Shown here: positions 59,120 through 64,000 of the stretch, one piece after another
Layout of the letters: each line of letters begins with the position of its first letter
Numbering within the stretch: position 1 is the stretch's first letter
Origin: Eledone cirrhosa
Lineage: Eukaryota
Assembly: GCA_964016885.1 (NCBI GenBank)
Contig: OZ024741.1
Span: forward strand, 370,946,001-371,010,000
DNA: 64,000 nucleotides
Direction: 5' to 3'
The notes under the pieces: model-generated
The model's database searches: none
The model's input: only the letters and a program-made list of their open reading frames with translations
Told to the model about the DNA's origin: nothing
Translations under genes and position numbers: made by a program

Positions 59120-61215
59120 ATTAACGTTTAAGTGGCTGAGTATTCCACAAACACGTGTACTCTGAGAGAATCAACACGACGTGATATAACAAGGCTTGAC
59201 CTTTGAACTACTGGCACAATCCATCCGACGAGCAGCCATACAGTTTCCTTCAAACCAATTTCACTCACAAGGCTTGGGTCTACCAAGATGGCACACAGGT
59301 GTGTCGAATCTGGAACCTTATCTTTCCAATCCAAACTCCTAATCACTAAGCTGTTTCAGTCCGCACACACACACGCGCGCGCGCACACATTTTTTAAGGG
59401 GTGAAGTGTTGTACGTAGACTGTTATGCTAGTAATTATGTGTATGAAAGCAGCGAATTGGCAGAATCGTTTGAACGCCAGATCAGATGTTTTATGGTACT
59501 CGTTCCGGCTCTTTGCGTTCAGAGTTCAAATTCACTGAGGTTAACTTTGCTTTTCTGTTTTCGATGTTGATTTTTTAAAATACCCGTCCAATACTGGGAT
59601 CGAGTCTTCTTCTATATCTCTTTTTCACTCCCACTCCCTCTCTCTCATTCACTCACCCACTCTCCATCTCTGGAAGAAATCGGTAGTGATCAGAGCTGGA
59701 GAGAGGATAACCTGTCAAGTTTAAAATGGCTAATACATGCCGAATGTCATGACAACGTTCCTACGACCCCTTCAGTCAATTACGGATCTTTACATACATT
59801 GTTTATTCAGCATAACCTTATGTAATCCAGACACTTGATGAAGGAGTAAGTTGCAGGGGATGTGGGTTAATTTCCTGTGAAAAATCTGAAGATTGTGTTC
59901 TCATCAATTACACAACTACTTCACATCTTATCAGTTGAAACAGAGACAGTCGGTCTACTACTGCTGTTTACAGTAGCTATTAAAGACTCTAACCAGTTAC
60001 GTTGATTCATTTAATATTTTTATATTTTTCTTCTGTAATAAATAATTGTGTCTACATTTGGCAAAGATCAGCAATTTGAAGGAAAAGAGAAAGTCAATTA
60101 AATCGACCTCAGTGCATTTCTGGTGCTTTATTTTATCGACTCTGTACGGATGAAAGGCAAAGCTAATCTCTGAATGTAAAAGAGCCAAAACAAGGTCCGC
60201 TCTTATCACAAATTATGTCATGTCGATTCTGCCAGGTACTTATGTAAAGGATACATATGTTTGTGGAATACTCTGCCACTTAAATGTTGATTTAATGAGT
60301 AGGGCGTTCCAACGATGAAATCGAGGTAGAATCCATTATTCTCATCATTAAAGGTTAAATATAGTTTCATTAATTAAAATTGCTTAGTTTACTACATCTT
60401 CATGTTAGTCTCCACTATTAGCGAGTAACATTTTAAATACATGTTTAAATATCTTGCTTAAATATCTTGCTTAAATATCTTGCTCTGACGATCAAATTTT
60501 CTGCTAAATGACCACCTTGCTATAATTATTCATACTTTCCTTTTAAAGGTGAAAACTATACTACTTAGGATAAAATCAGAATTTTCCATCTGCGAGAATG
60601 TAAAGAAAACATCGCTTGAGAAAGGTCACAACACAACGACTCAGATGAACTGGTAAATAATGGAGTGATAGTGACGCTGTCTTGATATACGGATCGTCTT
60701 GGGCATTTTACACATGACAGTTACTTCCAGAGATTGAGAAAGAATGAATGAAAGAAAGTAAAAAAATATATATAGAAGAATCGACTCAAGTTTTGGACTG
60801 CTGCTTTTTTTTTTATCGAACTTTAAAGGATGAAAGTCAAAGTTGACTTTGGCGGAATTTGAACTCAGTGCGCAGTGATCCAGAACAAAAACAGATCCAC
60901 TTTTCATCCGACACCCTAACGACTCTACCAAATCTTCAGGGTAATATATTAATCCGATGTTTACAGTTTTTAGTTCTTACTTTAATATTTCTAATTACAT
61001 TAAAAGTAGTGGATTGGCAGAATTGGTAGAGCATCGGATGAAATGCCATTGTGGTATTTATTCTGGTTCTTTACATTCTGAGTCCAAATCCCTACATGGT
61101 CGACTTTGTTTTTCCTCCTTCCAGGGTCGATAAAATAAAATACCAATAAAGAGCTAGGGTTGATTTAACAAACTTTGTCCTTCCCAAAAATATGCTGGCT
61201 TTGAGCCTAAACTCA
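59120..61215. mobile_element. Several degenerate SINE copies (59120-59350, 59449-59602, 60040-60235, 60780-60932, 61005-61215)
   Basis: Partial A/B boxes and, in most, the CGATAAAATAAA.TACCA domain. Confidence 0.6.
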
Positions 61216-61499
61216 GTAATAGAACTAACTCCATGGGGGACAGAAATCAGACGACCATTTCCTTGTTGAAAAATTCGATCTACGAAAGCAAAAACCCACG
61301 TGATTGGTAATAATTCATTGATACTATATTTTATCGACACTGGAAGGAGGAAGTGAATGGTTGACTACAGCGCGATTTAAACTAAATACGCAATGAGTCA
61401 GAAACAAATACAAAAGAATTATTTGCAAAATTATGATTTAGGAATATTTCGAGAAGATTCCTTTCCACAACTTTTCTGATTGGAGGACATAAACTTATT

Positions 61500-61880
61500 T
61501 AAAAACCATGCTGCAACACACTAGATACGGCACAGACATTATGGGGTGATAATCAATCGTCACATACATATACATGCCATCAAATTTACATGCTGAAGAT
61601 AACAAAGAAAAAAACGACACGGGGCATGAAAGATTAAGCAGGAATAATAAAATGATATGAAACTGGATTTAGTGAAATGAACCAAAGTCACTTTGAAAAG
61701 AGGAAAACACGTAACAACTAATATCTTGTTAGATACGTAACAGAGATAAGAGAATTAGATCAAGGACAGAATTACAAATACATAACTAAACTAGACAAGA
61801 TAAGATATATTACTTATAAATGAAAACAAAAAAAAATGTGTCAGGAAGAATATGACAGACAAGATATGAAGCCGCACTAA
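61500..61880 (+). pseudogene. Highly decayed R4/Dong-like RT fragment
   Basis: Pieces read KVTLKRGK and EIRELDQGQNYKY, resembling the R4 RT C-terminal region. Confidence 0.35.
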
Positions 61881-61904
61881 AATACAAAGTTAATAACAAC
61901 TATT

Positions 61905-62645
61905 TTTACCTTTCATCCTTACGGGGTCGATAAAATAAAGTACCAGTAATGCACTGGGTAATTGCTGGCCTTGTGCCAAAAGTAGAAACAATTATTACTA
62001 TTAGGGCGGTGGATTGGCAGTATCTGTAGAGCATCGGACAACATGCTTGGTGGCATAGAATTACGGGCTTTCACGTTCTGTGTTCAAATTCTGCCGACGT
62101 TAACTTTGCCTCTCATCCTTACTAGGTCGATAAAATAAAGAACCAGTCGCGCACTGGGGTCGATTTAATGGACTTTCCCCTCCCCCAAAATTGCTGGCCT
62201 TGTGCCTATATAAGAAACCATTATTATTACTATTAGGGCGGTGGATTGGCAGTGTCGGTAGAGCGCCGGACACCATACTTCGCGGGATAAAGTTACGGTA
62301 TTTTACATTCTGAGTTTAGCTTTGCCTTTCATCCTAAATAAAGTACCAGTAATGCACTGGGGTCGATTTAATCGATTTCCCCCTTCCCCCAAAACTGTTG
62401 GCCTTGTGCCTAAATCAAAACCTATTATTACTATTATATTCTACCATTTCTAAAATAGGCACAAGGCCTGCTATTGGGTGTGGGGAATAAGTCGATTATA
62501 TTGACCCAGTACTGATACTTTATTTTATCGACCTCGGGATGAGGAAAGGCAAAGTTGACTTCGAGAGGATTTGAACTCACAACATAAATGGCTCTTACTA
62601 AATGCCGCATAGCATCTTTCGGGCGCACTAACGGTTTGCCAACGC
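61905..62645. mobile_element. SINE cluster: three plus-strand copies and one minus-strand copy
   Basis: GGGCGGTGGATTGGCAGT heads at ~62003 and ~62236 with ATTATTACTA tails. Confidence 0.82.
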
Positions 62646-62649
62646 CTTG

Positions 62650-63612
62650 ATGATTATGATGATGATGATGATGATTTCATTTATTTGCCACAAAGGCGCC
62701 GGTTGAGGAGGACATTACAAAAGAGAGGTTACATAAGGACTAGGGGTTAACATAAATATCGGATAAGAGAAAAAAATGAAGTATACATGATAAACAGTCC
62801 TTTTGGTGCTGGAGGACCTCCAAATAGGACATACAAAGAACCTCACAAATTCACGGTCACCTTGATCACCGTGAGCAAGTGTCCTCTTTCAGTCATCTTT
62901 CTCCAGCCTACAGACTCATGCTGAGAGTAGAACCATTCACTCTCATTTTCACCACAGTCGTAAACCTTTAAGAAAATTCATTGGAGGAAAGCACCTTCCT
63001 CTGAACTCTCACTTTTCTTTTCAAAAGGAACTTGAAAAAGTTTAGAGCTCAAGTGAGAAGATAGGTGTCCAGTTTTCAGTCCTCGCAATCTTGTCCTCCA
63101 CACAACTCCTTTTGCTGTGGGTCACCAGATAGAGAAAACGTACTTACCTTTACTAGTTAAATGGGGACGGTGGTGCGATCTTCAGGAGTAATTCTGTCGA
63201 TAGCCGGATTCGTTCTGCGTGCAACATCAGTTGATCGACATAACTCCACAAGTCAAAATATTGACCTAAAATTGAATGAGTGCATGTAGAACAGTTTCGT
63301 CACCAAGTGCGCATCACGGAATGGTCTGTCTGATAGTACTCCTTTTGTTGTGGAGTTTACCTCGAATCGACAGTGTCTCCGATAGCACTGCCAGAACAAA
63401 GACTTCTGAAAATTATCCATAGCAGTTACCTTCCTGAAAGTCCGCCAGAACAGAATGGACAGTTTATTTTCATCGAAGTCCAGAGTCTCTTCGAGAACAT
63501 TGTTGCATTTCCCTGCCACCAGTCCTATATAAATTCCCAGAGGGGAACTTCCACCGACCACATTGCCTAACTGGTGAAGGGCGATGGGCACCCGACGACA
63601 TTCTAGATGTCA
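62650..63612 (-). mobile_element. Tx1-like 3' fragment, same lineage as 18727-21692
   Basis: MDNFQKSLFWQCYR matches MDNFQKYLAWQCYR; shares the 3' end TGTGGC.AATAAATGAAATCAT, here followed by (CAT)n. Confidence 0.8.
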
Positions 63613-63635
63613 AGCGCGTTCTAGCAAAATTATTT

Positions 63636-63691
<56 letters not shown>

Positions 63692-64000
63692 TTTGTGTCA
63701 CCAAGCGTATGCACGTCATATAAATTAGACTGATCGTTTCAGGGGCATTCTATAATTTGTATGATATATATAGAGTGTTGCCATGGCAATATTCTTCTAT
63801 GCGCGGAAACATGGGACTCGGAATTCTCTGATGTGAACACAATAAGGTCGGAATAGCATCACAAAAATCTCTTACGTTTTTTCTGTGTTGAATAGTTAAA
63901 TAGTTGAAAGTGTTTACTCTTCACATCATAATATAATAAAGGGAGGAGTGCGGGACTGTGTCCTGAATATATTTTTTTTATCTCGTTAGTAAAATAAGTT

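Noticed and set aside
62003-62095. tRNA gene
   Set aside because: The A/B boxes belong to SINE heads with body and tail; no cloverleaf.

Overview
Eukaryotic, AT-rich, repeat-saturated animal DNA. The tRNA-derived SINE families and microsatellite content suggest an octopod cephalopod (inference). No host protein-coding gene was recognised. 1-14.3 kb is a ~66-76 bp satellite array with a 3102 bp higher-order duplication. 15-26 kb holds decayed non-LTR retrotransposons (RTE with target-site duplication, two L1/Tx1 copies, an R4/Dong copy in (TAA)n). 26.7-55 kb is a cluster of Penelope-like elements (PLEs) with inverted arms inserted in (TA)n, plus a CRE-like fragment, non-autonomous Helitrons and a hATm-type transposase. 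The most notable signal is at the RNA level: about 17 type I hammerhead-ribozyme (HHR) motifs found by eye. They include a 483 bp tandem array with one HHR per unit (a retrozyme-like element) whose units alternate A-B-A-B and differ at catalytic-core position G8. All structures were read manually; boundaries are approximate unless a motif is quoted.
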